Assembly: GCA_022711115.1 (NCBI GenBank)
Contig: JAKLFP010000001.1
Coordinates: forward strand, 325,183 to 389,182
Direction: 5' to 3'
Length of the DNA: 64,000 nt
From: Candidatus Omnitrophota bacterium
GTDB taxonomy: Bacteria > Omnitrophota > Omnitrophia > Omnitrophales > Aquincolibacteriaceae
Positions within the stretch are counted from its first letter, which is position 1. Each line of letters starts with the position of its first letter. Below, in pieces: positions 1-10,322 of the stretch. The translations under genes and the position numbers were made by a program. Under the pieces are notes generated by a model. That model was not told where the DNA came from and did not search any database. It saw only the letters and a program-made list of their open reading frames with translations.

Positions 1-817
1 ATCCCTGGATCTCAAGTGATTCTTCCAAATGATCCCGCGTCGTGTGCGGGATATCGGAAACAAGCGCCCGGTCCCGTTCAAGCAGGGCGTTGAAAAGTGA
101 TGATTTCCCGACGTTCGGTTTTCCGACGATCGTCACCAGGATCCCTTCCCGTATCAACTGGCTCCGGTTGAAACTTGCGATCAGCAAGCGGATTCTTTGC
201 TGGATGGCTGCGAGTTTATTTTTCATCCCCTCATGCACGTCCACTTCAAGGTCTTCCTCGGGAAAATCAAGGTAAGCTTCCATGTGCGCCAAAAGCCGCA
301 TGAGCTCATCCTTTAATTCCTTCAATAACAGAGAAAGCGATCCGGAAAGCTGCCGTATCGCAACATCCAACGCCCGGTTGCTTTTGGCGTGAATAAGATC
401 CAGAACAGCTTCCGCTTGGGTGAGATCCAGTTTTCCGTTCAGAAAAGCACGCCGTGTGAACTCTCCGGGTTCGGCATGACGAATGCCTTTCCCGAGCAAA
501 AGATCCAAGATGCGTTTCGTCACCGCAAGCCCGCCATGACAGCTGATCTCGATCACATCTTGACCTGTATAGGAATGAGGCGCCCGAAAAAGACTTACAA
601 GGACATGATCCACCCTGTTGCCATGAAGATCTCTGAATTCCCCCCGGTGGATCGTATTCGCGGGAGAGGAAGCAAGGCGTTGATGGCTCTTGGAAATGAA
701 AAAAAGCTGGACCGTTTGAACGGCTTCGGCGCCGCTAACACGAATCACAGCAATCCCGCCTTCTCCGATAGGTGTCGCAATCGCCGCGATCGTATCCTCT
801 GTATCAAATTGAGCCAT
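1..817 (-). CDS. mnmE: tRNA modification GTPase MnmE/TrmE; only the N-terminal ~272 aa lie in the window (start codon at 817, runs off the window at 1)
   Basis: Manual translation of the minus strand from 817: MAQFDTEDTIAAIATPIGEGGIAVIRVSG... is the classic MnmE N-terminus, with the G1 motif GKPNVGKSSLFNAL further in. Absent from the ORF track because there is no stop in the window. The plus-strand ORF 389..865 is antisense to it. Confidence 0.8.
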   Translation of the reverse strand, partial: MAQFDTEDTIAAIATPIGEGGIAVIRVSGAEAVQTVQLFFISKSHQRLASSPANTIHRGEFRDLHGNRVDHVLVSLFRAPHSYTGQDVIEISCHGGLAVTKRILDLLLGKGIRHAEPGEFTRRAFLNGKLDLTQAEAVLDLIHAKSNRALDVAIRQLSGSLSLLLKELKDELMRLLAHMEAYLDFPEEDLEVDVHEGMKNKLAAIQQRIRLLIASFNRSQLIREGILVTIVGKPNVGKSSLFNALLERDRALVSDIPHTTRDHLEESLEIQG

Positions 818-2075
818 GCTTCAAGATTCTCCGTGCCTCTCCGACTAGGTAAAAAGAGCCTGTGATCAATGCGGCACTTCCGCTTGTTGAAACCGTTTTG
901 AAAAGCCGTATCGCTTCCTTGATATTCTGAGCCGCCAAAACATATTTGAAAAGTCCTTTTGTTTCTTCAATCAGATTTCCGAGCGTCTTTGCGCGATAAT
1001 TTTGGATCTGAACCAAAATCAATCCTGAAAAGTAACCGCCTAAAATTTCGAGCATCTTCCGACTGTTTTTATCGCTCATGGCGCCGAAGATAAGCCAGGG
1101 CGGGTGCTTGCGCGGAATGTTTCTTGCCTCATGCACTAATTGCATCGCAGAAATCGGGTTGTGCGCTCCATCTAAAATAAATTCACGACCATATCCCCGG
1201 AATGTTTCCATCCTGCCTTTCCAGTTCATGGACAGCAGACCCTGGTCGGAAGATTTAGGGCAAATGGGAAAATGGAAATGCCGGCGAAGAATTTCAGCGG
1301 CCTTGAGGGCCATCCCGGCGTTTTTTTTCTGAAAAGCCCCCGCAAGCCCGATCGCGGCATGAGAAACAGGTTTGGCTTTCCAAAGACATCCTTGATTCTT
1401 TCGCACCGCGGCGCAGATTACCGGAAGGGCCTCCCTGCTTTGCCAGCCGATCACCACATGGTTGTGCGGTTTGATAATGCCTGCTTTTTCGGCAGCAATT
1501 TTCGCTATGGTATGCCCAAGAAATGCCTCATGGTCCAAATGAATGGGTGTCAGCAACACAAGCGGCGCTTTTAAAATATTCGTCGCGTCAAGCCGGCCGC
1601 CAAGACCGATCTCAAAAATACCGATCTGGATGCCTGTTTTTGAGAAAACCAGGATCGCTAAAAATGTCAGGACCTCAAAGTAAGTCATCACGCCGAGAGA
1701 GAGCGGCAAAGGTTTTTTTTCCAGAAGCCTGTGAATTTCGGAAAGTCCTTCCGCCCAAAGTTTTTTGGAAAGCATCGTTCCCTGCACACGAATTCTCTCC
1801 CGAGGATCTTCAATGTGCGGCGAATGATAATAGCCCACGCGCATGCCATTGGCTTTCAGGATCGATTCGAGGAAAAAACCGGTGGAACCTTTGCCTGTTG
1901 TTCCCGCGATCAGGATAGGAAAGAATTTTTTTTCGGGATGACCGGCAATTTGAAGGAAATACGCCATCCGCTTGAGATTGAAGAAAGCATTTTTCGGGAG
2001 TTGATTTAATTTTTCGAGATTGATGAAGGCATTTAAATAGCGGAGAGATTGGGTATAGTTCATAAGTAAATTCAA
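804..2075 (-). CDS. folC: folylpolyglutamate synthase / dihydrofolate synthase (Mur ligase family)
   Basis: 423 aa with the P-loop AGTTGKGST and Mur-ligase architecture. Overlaps the mnmE start by 14 nt. Confidence 0.8.
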   Translation of the reverse strand: MNLLMNYTQSLRYLNAFINLEKLNQLPKNAFFNLKRMAYFLQIAGHPEKKFFPILIAGTTGKGSTGFFLESILKANGMRVGYYHSPHIEDPRERIRVQGTMLSKKLWAEGLSEIHRLLEKKPLPLSLGVMTYFEVLTFLAILVFSKTGIQIGIFEIGLGGRLDATNILKAPLVLLTPIHLDHEAFLGHTIAKIAAEKAGIIKPHNHVVIGWQSREALPVICAAVRKNQGCLWKAKPVSHAAIGLAGAFQKKNAGMALKAAEILRRHFHFPICPKSSDQGLLSMNWKGRMETFRGYGREFILDGAHNPISAMQLVHEARNIPRKHPPWLIFGAMSDKNSRKMLEILGGYFSGLILVQIQNYRAKTLGNLIEETKGLFKYVLAAQNIKEAIRLFKTVSTSGSAALITGSFYLVGEARRILKHGSI

Positions 2076-2138
2076 CCGTCAACACGCAACCAAAGCTTCT
2101 CTATTCCCCGTTGTACTTTGCGCGTCGTACGAGTTAGT

Positions 2139-3716
2139 TTAGTGCTTAAAATGCCGCTCCCCCGTAAAAACCATGGCAATCCCGAATTTATCGCAAGCAG
2201 CGATCACATCCGCATCGCGGATGGACCCGCCCGGCTGGATAATGGCTTTGATCTTGCGTTCGGCCGCGATTTCGATGGAGTCCGGCATCGGAAAAAAAGC
2301 ATCGCTCCCGAGCATCGCCCCTTCGGTTTGATATCCGGCTTTCTGGCAAGCGATGTTTACGGAATCGACTCGCGACATCTGCCCGGCACCGATCCCGACT
2401 GTGCGTTTGCCCTGCGTAAGTACGATCGCGTTTGATTTCACGACTTTGGCACACTGGAAGGCAAAGATCAGATCTTCAAGCTCCGCGTCCTGCAGCTTGG
2501 TCTTGGTCACGAAGTGAAGCTTCTTTCTGAAATCCGCCATATGTTCTTTGATCGGCCGGTCTTTTTCCTGGATCAAAATACCACTGCGGAGGAATTTCAC
2601 ATCGTAAGGATTTTCGTTGCGAAACTGCTCCACGGTGATAAGCCGCAGGTTCTTGCGGGCTTTTAAAAGCTTCAAGGCACCCGCTTTGAAGGAAGGTGCG
2701 ACCAACACCTCAAAAAAATTCAATTTATCAAGGATCTTCGCCGCGGTTTTCCTGTCACAGACACGATTGATCCCGACAATCCCGCCGAAGGCTGAAAGCG
2801 GATCGCTATCGATAGCCATTTCCGCCGCTAAAATAATCTGATGATCTTGCGCAATACCGCATGGATTATTGTGTTTGATCACACATGCTGCTGGCACGCT
2901 GAATTCCGCAAGCACATCAAGTGTCGCCTCAATATCCATAAGATTATTAAACGAAAGTTCTTTGCCGTGAAGCTGGGTCCAGGAAGCGGCCGCACGATAA
3001 GTCGTGGGCACAAAAAAACCGGCTTTTTGGTGAGGGTTCTCGCCATACCGAAGGTCTTGTGCTTTTTTGAAATGAAAAACGAATTGCAGCGGCAAAGCGG
3101 TTTCCGTTTCCTGCTTTTTAAGGTGACCGGCCAGAAACTGGCTGATCACGGCATCATAGGCCGAAGTCTTTGCAAAAACCTTTTGTGAAAGCGCAAAGCG
3201 CGTTTCTTCTAAAACACTTCCTTTATTTTCGTCCATTTCTTTCGCAACGCGATCATAATCGGCCGCGTCTGTGATCACGGTCACGGATTCATAATTTTTC
3301 GCGGCTGAACGCAGCATGGACGGCCCTCCAATATCGATAAATTCTTTGGCCTCATCCACGCTTAAATTTCCCTTGCGCGTGGCTTCCTCGAACGGATAAA
3401 GGTTGACCACCACAAGATCGATAGGTTTGATTCCGTGAGCCTTGACCTGCTTCTGGTGGCTTTTTTTGTATCGCAAGAACAAAAGTCCGCCGTGAATCTT
3501 TGGATGAAGTGTTTTCACACGGCCATCGAGCATCTCCGGAAATCCCGTCACATCTTCCACCGAGATCGCGGGCACCTTGGCCGCTTTAAGCGCTTTCAGC
3601 GTTCCGCCTGTAGAAATGATTTCCACTTTATGTTTATGCAGATTTTTTGCGAAAGGAATGAGTCCGGTTTTATCGGAAACGCTGATGAGTGCTCGACGAA
3701 TGGTTTGGCGCGACAT
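2139..3716 (-). CDS. purH: bifunctional AICAR formyltransferase / IMP cyclohydrolase
   Basis: 525 aa. N-terminus RALISVSDKTGL and MGS-like domain, GRVKTLHPKIHGG motif. Confidence 0.9.
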   Translation of the reverse strand: MSRQTIRRALISVSDKTGLIPFAKNLHKHKVEIISTGGTLKALKAAKVPAISVEDVTGFPEMLDGRVKTLHPKIHGGLLFLRYKKSHQKQVKAHGIKPIDLVVVNLYPFEEATRKGNLSVDEAKEFIDIGGPSMLRSAAKNYESVTVITDAADYDRVAKEMDENKGSVLEETRFALSQKVFAKTSAYDAVISQFLAGHLKKQETETALPLQFVFHFKKAQDLRYGENPHQKAGFFVPTTYRAAASWTQLHGKELSFNNLMDIEATLDVLAEFSVPAACVIKHNNPCGIAQDHQIILAAEMAIDSDPLSAFGGIVGINRVCDRKTAAKILDKLNFFEVLVAPSFKAGALKLLKARKNLRLITVEQFRNENPYDVKFLRSGILIQEKDRPIKEHMADFRKKLHFVTKTKLQDAELEDLIFAFQCAKVVKSNAIVLTQGKRTVGIGAGQMSRVDSVNIACQKAGYQTEGAMLGSDAFFPMPDSIEIAAERKIKAIIQPGGSIRDADVIAACDKFGIAMVFTGERHFKH

Positions 3717-4536
3717 TTTGTTGGATCCTCCTTTTAAAATAACGATGAAGCCTTGCGGTCACCAAGCCAGGAGTCTCGATGCCGATCTTGCGGCCATCCA
3801 ACTCACGCACCGGAAGTATTTCCCAGGAAGTATTGGAAAGAAAAGCTTCATCCGCGTTATAAAAATCATGCCTTGTTAAAGGAACTTCTCGAACTTGAAA
3901 CCCGAGCTCGAGAGCGCATTTTATCACAAACTTTCGCGTCACTCCATTTAAGATTAGGTGTTCAGGCGGTGTCCACAGAGTCGCCTTCAGGCCCGGTTTT
4001 CGGCTTGTATAAGTTACAAGAAAAAAATTCCCGACACGGGTTTCTGTAAGATAATTTCCTTGATCCAAAAAAATCCAATCAAAAATATCTGGGGGGTGAG
4101 GCTCCGTACTCGCAAGCACGGCCTGCTGGTAAGCTGACGCCTTGGTCTGATAAGGAAAGGCGTTCCCATTCCCGCGCGGAAAAGACGCTGTCTTAAGCAA
4201 AACTCCTTTTTGATAGAGTTCTTTGGGACATCCACGGGATCCGATGATCACAAAAACCCGCCCCCCAAGCAAAGTCAAACGAACGGAAGTATTTTTCTCT
4301 CCGGACAGCTTTAAAGAAAGCTGGACTTCATGGCGGAGCTTCTCAGGATCCGGGACCGGTTGGTACCCCACGGTTTTGGCGGACTCGCAGAGTCTTTGTA
4401 GATGCTCTTTTTCATGCAGGATTTTCCCGTGATAAGCCCGCATGCTTTCAAAAATACCGATCGCTTCATCCTGAAGAAGGTCAAAGCTGATGGAGCTTGA
4501 GGCTTCTTTTCCCTCGGCGTAAACTTTGAATTTCAT
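3670..4536 (-). CDS. pabC: class IV aminotransferase fold protein, probable aminodeoxychorismate lyase
   Basis: Fold IV PLP enzyme-like sequence. Start moved to the internal ATG at 4536 (MKFKVYAEG), which makes an ATGA overlap with the upstream gene stop. Assignment is by context with pabB. The 47 nt overlap with purH is suspicious. Confidence 0.5.
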   Translation of the reverse strand: MKFKVYAEGKEASSSISFDLLQDEAIGIFESMRAYHGKILHEKEHLQRLCESAKTVGYQPVPDPEKLRHEVQLSLKLSGEKNTSVRLTLLGGRVFVIIGSRGCPKELYQKGVLLKTASFPRGNGNAFPYQTKASAYQQAVLASTEPHPPDIFDWIFLDQGNYLTETRVGNFFLVTYTSRKPGLKATLWTPPEHLILNGVTRKFVIKCALELGFQVREVPLTRHDFYNADEAFLSNTSWEILPVRELDGRKIGIETPGLVTARLHRYFKRRIQQNVAPNHSSSTHQRFR

Positions 4537-5690
4537 AGATATCGTTTGATGATTTTTTTCCCAAGATTCTGGAAAGGCTGTTCGATCCACTCGTAAGTCA
4601 GCGTCGACAGACACAAAGTCCAGCATAAAGTTACAAGAAAAACTCCGACAAAGTAAACATCCGGCCAATGGGGCAGATCAAATTTCCTGCCTAAAACGAC
4701 CAGCATCCTAGCAACAATATCGGCAATAAAAAAGTGACAAAGATAAGCGCTGAAACTAACCTTTCCAACATAGCAGGTGAATCGATTGACAAGAAAAGGC
4801 ATCGGATAGATCGCTAACGCCAAGCCCCACGCCAAGCACAAAAGTCCTAATCCTGGGTAGAGGTCTTTAAGAAGAACCTGTGCGGGAAAGATCTTGATGG
4901 GAATCAGCGTCAAAAAGAAAACGACAACTAGTCCGATTGACAAAAATTTATTTTTAAGGGATTCGGTTTGATTCGCGTGATTCCCTTGCATTTGAAGGCG
5001 GTCGCGCATCAAGAAAAAAAGAATGAAACCCAGCGAAAAAATGGGGAGCTGCGAAGGAAGCCAAAGAGGCAAGAGGCCGACGAAACTTTTGGAGACGAGA
5101 TGATGCGGTATTAAAAGATGCGTGTAGATATATTTCAGCAAAAAAGAAAACGCCAGTAAAAAACCAAAACAAAGAATTGCTTTCTTTAAACTATCGATGT
5201 GCCTATAGAAAAAGGGCAGCAATAAGTAAAAGTTCATTTCAACCGCAATGGTCCACCCGCCCGGAACAACATTGTTGATGGTATTGGGATGCCAGCCATT
5301 CATAAAAAGAAGGGTGGACAAAACGCGCCAGGTATTTATTTCATGCGGCGCTCCATAAAGACTTTTGAATCCCCGGATCGCTAAATAGATAAAAATGGCC
5401 GTCCAGAACATAGGCGCGATTCTGAAAAAACGCCTGACAAAAAAAGCTTTTATAGAATTTCTTTTATCCTTTTCTCGAATATGGAATGAAAAAAATAGTG
5501 TAAAGGCTGAAACGATAAAAAAAAGCCTGACTCCAATCAGCCCGCCTTCATCCGAAAAGGAATTTAAAAAACCCACAAGAGGCATCCGATGCCCGACATG
5601 CTCTAGCAACACGGCTAGAAAGGCCCAACCCCGCAAGGCGTCCACAAAATCGAATTTTCTAATTTCTCTTAAAGATGCTTCGTTGCTCAT
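4533..5690 (-). CDS. acyltransferase 3 family integral membrane protein
   Basis: 385 aa, ~10 TM helices. N-terminus FVDALRGWAFLAVLLEHV is typical of the acyltransferase_3 / OpgC family. Confidence 0.6.
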   Translation of the reverse strand: MSNEASLREIRKFDFVDALRGWAFLAVLLEHVGHRMPLVGFLNSFSDEGGLIGVRLFFIVSAFTLFFSFHIREKDKRNSIKAFFVRRFFRIAPMFWTAIFIYLAIRGFKSLYGAPHEINTWRVLSTLLFMNGWHPNTINNVVPGGWTIAVEMNFYLLLPFFYRHIDSLKKAILCFGFLLAFSFLLKYIYTHLLIPHHLVSKSFVGLLPLWLPSQLPIFSLGFILFFLMRDRLQMQGNHANQTESLKNKFLSIGLVVVFFLTLIPIKIFPAQVLLKDLYPGLGLLCLAWGLALAIYPMPFLVNRFTCYVGKVSFSAYLCHFFIADIVARMLVVLGRKFDLPHWPDVYFVGVFLVTLCWTLCLSTLTYEWIEQPFQNLGKKIIKRYL

Positions 5691-5722
5691 CGTAAAATCC
5701 TTAACCAGTCAAAATCCGACAT

Positions 5723-7099
5723 TTAAACGCTCGCTTCCGAAAGAGCTTTGACCAAAGCTTCGGCCTTATGAAGAGTTTCTTCATATTCTTTTTTGGGATC
5801 CGAATCATAAACAATACCGGCACCCACCTGAAGAAAGCCTTTCCTTTTTTTTAGGATGATGGTCCGGATGACGATATTGAGATCCATATTCCCGTAAAAG
5901 TCCAGATACCCTAAAGAGCCCGTATAGATGCCGCGGCTCACAGGCTCAAGCTCATCGATAATCTCCATACAACGGATCTTGGGACAACCCGTGATGGTAC
6001 CCCCCGGGAACATGGCCTTGATAAGATCAAACACATCCTTTCCTTTCCGGAGTTTGCCTATAATTTTAGAAACGATATGCACTACATGAGAATATTTTTC
6101 AAGCACCATAAACTCCTTCACTTGGACAGAGCGATAATCGCAAACGCGTCCGAGATCGTTGCGTTCGAGGTCCACGAGCATCAAATGCTCGGCTTTCTCC
6201 TTTTCATTTTGAATCAGTTTTTTGCGCCACTCCCGAAATCGGTTTCGCGGACCCAGAACAGGACACGTGCCGGCAATCGGTCTCGTCTCACAGAGATCCC
6301 CTCTCTTTCGGATCAGACGCTCAGGTGAACTGCTAATGATCTCCAGATCTCCCGCTTTAAAAAAATTGCAAAAAGGCGAAGGGTTGATCGTGCGAAGTTT
6401 TCCGTAAAGCTCCAGCGAAGAGCCTGAAAACCCGAAAGAAAAACGTTGAGAAAGATTCGTCTGATAGATATCCCCTGCCGCGATATATTCTTTGGCTGTT
6501 CTTACCATTTGCTCAACTTCTTTTTGGGACATTTCGGCCATTAATTGCTTCAACTGGAAATGACGCTTTTTCTCCACCGCCGGCTCTTGAAAATACTCTT
6601 TCAGCTTTTGCACGTCGCGACCCTGAGCTTCCGATTCTCGCGCATTTGCAACCAAATAATAAACCATTTTTTTATGATCATAGACAATGACCTTTTTAAA
6701 AAGTCCTAGATAAAGCTGAGGTGTGCCGGACGCTGTTTTCTGACGGAAACGGATCTTGTCACAGAAAGGAGCGAACTCATAACTAAAATAACCGGCCAAT
6801 CCTCCCGAAAAAAACGGGGGGACTTTCTCCGAAGAAATCCGGTGTTTTTCGAAGATTTTTCTAAGAACAGGGAATATTTGAGCCCCTGGATATTTTTCAT
6901 TCACTTCACCTTTGAGGGAAAGAACGTCCTTGACCAGGCTTATTTCAAGAACAGGATCCATGCCCATGTAGGAATAAACTTGATCTGGTGGTGCATATCG
7001 CGGGCTATCGAGAAAAAAACAGACTTTTGTTTTTGAATAAACTTTTTGAAAAACTTCCCAGGGAGTTTGGGGGGAACGATAAGTTTCAATATGCGGCAT
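5723..7099 (-). CDS. pabB: aminodeoxychorismate synthase component I (chorismate-binding enzyme, TrpE/PabB family)
   Basis: 458 aa chorismate-binding domain (PIAGT, GGxxTGxPK-like motifs). No amidotransferase partner nearby. Confidence 0.7.
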   Translation of the reverse strand: MPHIETYRSPQTPWEVFQKVYSKTKVCFFLDSPRYAPPDQVYSYMGMDPVLEISLVKDVLSLKGEVNEKYPGAQIFPVLRKIFEKHRISSEKVPPFFSGGLAGYFSYEFAPFCDKIRFRQKTASGTPQLYLGLFKKVIVYDHKKMVYYLVANARESEAQGRDVQKLKEYFQEPAVEKKRHFQLKQLMAEMSQKEVEQMVRTAKEYIAAGDIYQTNLSQRFSFGFSGSSLELYGKLRTINPSPFCNFFKAGDLEIISSSPERLIRKRGDLCETRPIAGTCPVLGPRNRFREWRKKLIQNEKEKAEHLMLVDLERNDLGRVCDYRSVQVKEFMVLEKYSHVVHIVSKIIGKLRKGKDVFDLIKAMFPGGTITGCPKIRCMEIIDELEPVSRGIYTGSLGYLDFYGNMDLNIVIRTIILKKRKGFLQVGAGIVYDSDPKKEYEETLHKAEALVKALSEASV

Positions 7100-7155
7100 G
7101 GTTATAGAGAGTAAAAACCGCTTTTAAAAATCATCCGTATCAGATTTTGAACGTG

Positions 7156-8484
7156 TTACTCCTGATGAGAATAGAAAACAAGGCCGCTGGCAAGTTTGGG
7201 ATAGAAGTAGGTTGATTTTTGCGGCATGCGCTCATTCACTTCACCCATTTTTTCAAGCATTTCAACTTTGGGTGGTTTGAGCAGAAAGGCCGCCTGCGCT
7301 TGACCTTCCCGTACTGCTTGAATCGCTCCTTCCACCGAGTGATCAAACTTCAACACCGATTCCCAGCGAGCTTCCGTGAGCCGTAAAAGTTCGGAGAAAA
7401 TCAGATGCCCGAGAACATTGACGTTCAAATCGTACCATATGGCAGGTTTGCCTTTGGCCATACGTTCTTTCGCCTTTTCTTTATCGAGCATGGTTAGAAG
7501 AAAACTTTCTTTCTCAAGCACGAGTCCGAAGGTCCTTCCGTCATCATCATAAGAGGCCGTCATTCCTTTAAGTTCGCCCAAGGACGCCTTTTCAACCTTA
7601 AAATATTCCTGCAGTCTCTGAACGACTTCTTGATCTTCCATGCTCAGCTTTGTAATGATCCTATGCGTGGGAAGCACGATAAATCCAGGATCATCAAAAC
7701 TGACAAGGGCCATGTAGGTATAATCAAAAGGGAAAATCACATTGGGAGAAGATCTCGTTTCTTCTCTTTTCTGCCTGGCATATTCCAGTGCTGTTTCATA
7801 ACGGTGATGTCCGTCCGCGATATAGACTCTTTTAGTCTTCAAAGTCTTGTGGATCTTGGAAAGAATGTCCTCATCATGAATGACCCAAAGAGAATGGGTG
7901 ATTTGGTCATCATCCTCGGCTTCAAATAAGCTTTTTGAGTTGATCGGGTCTTGAATAATACTGCGAATGGCGAAACCTTCATCCTTATAAAGGCCGAATA
8001 CCGGAGAAAAACTGGTTTTGACGGTCTTGAGAAGTTTCATCCTGTCTTCACGGGGTCCGCGAAGTGTTTTTTCATGCGGGATAACAATGCCTTTTTCAAA
8101 AGGTTCGAGCCGCACGCGCCCCAAAAGGGCATATCGGTTCTTTCGGTCGCCCGTCACGGGATCTTTAAACGTCTGGCGATACACATAAAAACTAGGCAAG
8201 TCTTCCTGAATTAAAATGCCTTTTTTCTTCCATTCTTCAAAAGCATCACGCGCACGCGTGTAGGAATTATCCTGATCTGTATCGGTCGGTTCTTTTCTGT
8301 TTAAAATAAGCCGAATAGTATTAAAGGGTGATTTCTCATAAAGCTTATGCTGCTTTTCCGCGGAAATCACATCATAGGGCGGCGCCAAGACCGAAGACAT
8401 CTCAACCCGGGTGGTATTGTATCGCCATGCGCGAAAGGGATAAAATTCCAGTTGTGTTTTTGTAGTTGTTTCAAGCTTATTCAT
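7156..8484 (-). CDS. DUF1015 family protein
   Basis: 442 aa. N-terminal PFRAWRY motif and size are typical of DUF1015. Confidence 0.55.
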   Translation of the reverse strand: MNKLETTTKTQLEFYPFRAWRYNTTRVEMSSVLAPPYDVISAEKQHKLYEKSPFNTIRLILNRKEPTDTDQDNSYTRARDAFEEWKKKGILIQEDLPSFYVYRQTFKDPVTGDRKNRYALLGRVRLEPFEKGIVIPHEKTLRGPREDRMKLLKTVKTSFSPVFGLYKDEGFAIRSIIQDPINSKSLFEAEDDDQITHSLWVIHDEDILSKIHKTLKTKRVYIADGHHRYETALEYARQKREETRSSPNVIFPFDYTYMALVSFDDPGFIVLPTHRIITKLSMEDQEVVQRLQEYFKVEKASLGELKGMTASYDDDGRTFGLVLEKESFLLTMLDKEKAKERMAKGKPAIWYDLNVNVLGHLIFSELLRLTEARWESVLKFDHSVEGAIQAVREGQAQAAFLLKPPKVEMLEKMGEVNERMPQKSTYFYPKLASGLVFYSHQE

Positions 8485-8548
8485 AGAGGTTGGATGCTAA
8501 CACAAGGCGGGTTTTTTGACAAGAATATGCGAACAAGGTCAGGTTCTT

Positions 8549-8869
8549 TTATTTGACTTTTGCCCCGTCAGGAATCGTTCTTTCAGGAACGATCAGGGTG
8601 AGCGTATTAACATCTGAGGCGGCAAGTAACATCCCGTTGGATTCAATCCCCCGAATCATGGCCGGTTGAAGGTTATCAATAATAATGATCTTCTTCCCTT
8701 TCAGGTCTTCTTCGGTGTAATGCGCACGTATACCTGCCACAATTGTCTTTCGGACCTCGCCAACCTTGATTCCAAGCACGTAAAGCCGATCGGCATTGGG
8801 ATGGGGCATCACAGACTCGATCTCTGCAACTTTAATCTCTAATTTTTGAAAATCCTCATAAGAAATCAT
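8549..8869 (-). CDS. tRNA-binding protein (CsaA/EMAP-II/MetRS C-terminal domain-like OB fold)
   Basis: 106 aa, LEIKVAEIESVMPHPNADRLYVLGIKVG is the Myf/tRNA_bind domain. Confidence 0.7.
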   Translation of the reverse strand: MISYEDFQKLEIKVAEIESVMPHPNADRLYVLGIKVGEVRKTIVAGIRAHYTEEDLKGKKIIIIDNLQPAMIRGIESNGMLLAASDVNTLTLIVPERTIPDGAKVK

Positions 8870-9188
8870 AAAAACTTCCTCCCTCTATAAAAAATCCCAT
8901 TTCGATGCATCTGAGCTATTTACACTCAAAATCCCCATGTTTTCTATACTTGGTTCAGACAATCCACCATAGCTCCTGTTTGAATGGCCGGTATTTTAAC
9001 ATAGAAAGAAATTTCGAGAAGAACAATATTAAAATTATGGTTATAGGACGTTCATTGTGCAACTTTATATCCTTAAAATGCTTAGGAGAGCCTCGTTTTG
9101 CTTGATTTTCAACCGTTTAATGCTATGATAATGCCCCATCTTCAAAAAACCCCATTGTTTTCATAAAAAACATCTAGGGAGGCATTAA

Positions 9189-10313
9189 ATGGGCAAGATA
9201 AAGATCGCTATTGTCGGCGTTGGAAACTGCGCTGCATCTCTCGTGCAAGGGATTGAATATTACCGGGCTATCGCCAACGCCAACGAAAAACAAGCCAAAA
9301 ACAAACAGCCCGATCACTTTGGGCTCATGAACTACGACATGGGCGGTTATTTCCCCCAGGATATCGAAGTGGTAGCCGCTTTCGATGTTGATAAACGTAA
9401 GGTGGGCGAACGTCTGGACATCGCGATAAAAGCCAAGCCCAATTGCGTTTGGCAGATTTATGGTGCGGTTCCAAAAAGCAAGGTCCGAGTCGAGATGGGC
9501 AATGTACTCGATGGTTTGTCGGAGCATATGGCCGCATACAAAGAAGATCGAACTTTTGTCTTGTCGGACAAAAAAAATTGTAATGTTGAAAAAATCCTCA
9601 AAGAAAGCGGTGCGGAAATCCTTTTGAATTATCTTCCTGTCGGCTCACAGAAAGCCACGGAATTTTACGCGGAAGTCTGTCTTAGAACGGGCGTGAGTTT
9701 GGTGAATTGCATGCCTGTCTTTATCGCATCCAACCCAGCCTGGGCAAAACGTTTTGAAGCAAAACGGATTCCCTGCGTCGGCGATGACATTAAGGCGCAG
9801 ATCGGCGCGACGATCACACACCGGACTCTCGCGAAACTTTTTATGGATCGCGGGGTCAGGATCGACCGTACTTATCAATTAAATACGGGCGGGAATACGG
9901 ATTTTCTTAACATGCTCAATCGCTCGCGTTTGGAATCCAAAAAGATCTCCAAGACCTCCTCGGTCCAAAGCCAGCTTGACGTACCCCTTGATGATGACAA
10001 TATTCACATCGGCCCTTCGGATTATGTTCCCTGGCAAAATGATAACAAGGTTTGTTACCTCCGCATCGAAGGCCGCGGTTTCGGCGGTTTCCCGGTAACC
10101 GCAGAAATGCGTTTATCTGTCGAAGATTCACCGAACAGTGCCGGTTGCAGTATTGATGCGATTCGTGCTTGCAAGATTGCCCGGGATCGCAAGATCGGGG
10201 GACCGCTGATCTCCATTTCGTCTTATACCATGAAGCATCCGCCCAAACAAATCGTGGATTATGAAGCAAAGGAACTTGTGCGAAAATTCATCCAGGGCAC
10301 GTGTCCCCGGTAA
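9189..10313 (+). CDS. ino1: myo-inositol-1-phosphate synthase
   Basis: 374 aa. N-terminus MGKIKIAIVGVGNCASSLVQGIEYY is the hallmark of bacterial/archaeal MIPS. AGGGAGG ribosome-binding site upstream. Confidence 0.8.
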   Translation: MGKIKIAIVGVGNCAASLVQGIEYYRAIANANEKQAKNKQPDHFGLMNYDMGGYFPQDIEVVAAFDVDKRKVGERLDIAIKAKPNCVWQIYGAVPKSKVRVEMGNVLDGLSEHMAAYKEDRTFVLSDKKNCNVEKILKESGAEILLNYLPVGSQKATEFYAEVCLRTGVSLVNCMPVFIASNPAWAKRFEAKRIPCVGDDIKAQIGATITHRTLAKLFMDRGVRIDRTYQLNTGGNTDFLNMLNRSRLESKKISKTSSVQSQLDVPLDDDNIHIGPSDYVPWQNDNKVCYLRIEGRGFGGFPVTAEMRLSVEDSPNSAGCSIDAIRACKIARDRKIGGPLISISSYTMKHPPKQIVDYEAKELVRKFIQGTCPR

Positions 10314-10322
10314 GGTCGATGG

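Noticed and set aside
389-865. 158 aa plus-strand ORF at the window start
   Set aside because: It is antisense to a clearly recognisable mnmE N-terminal coding sequence. The true gene is the minus-strand partial mnmE, which the ORF track omits because it has no stop in the window.
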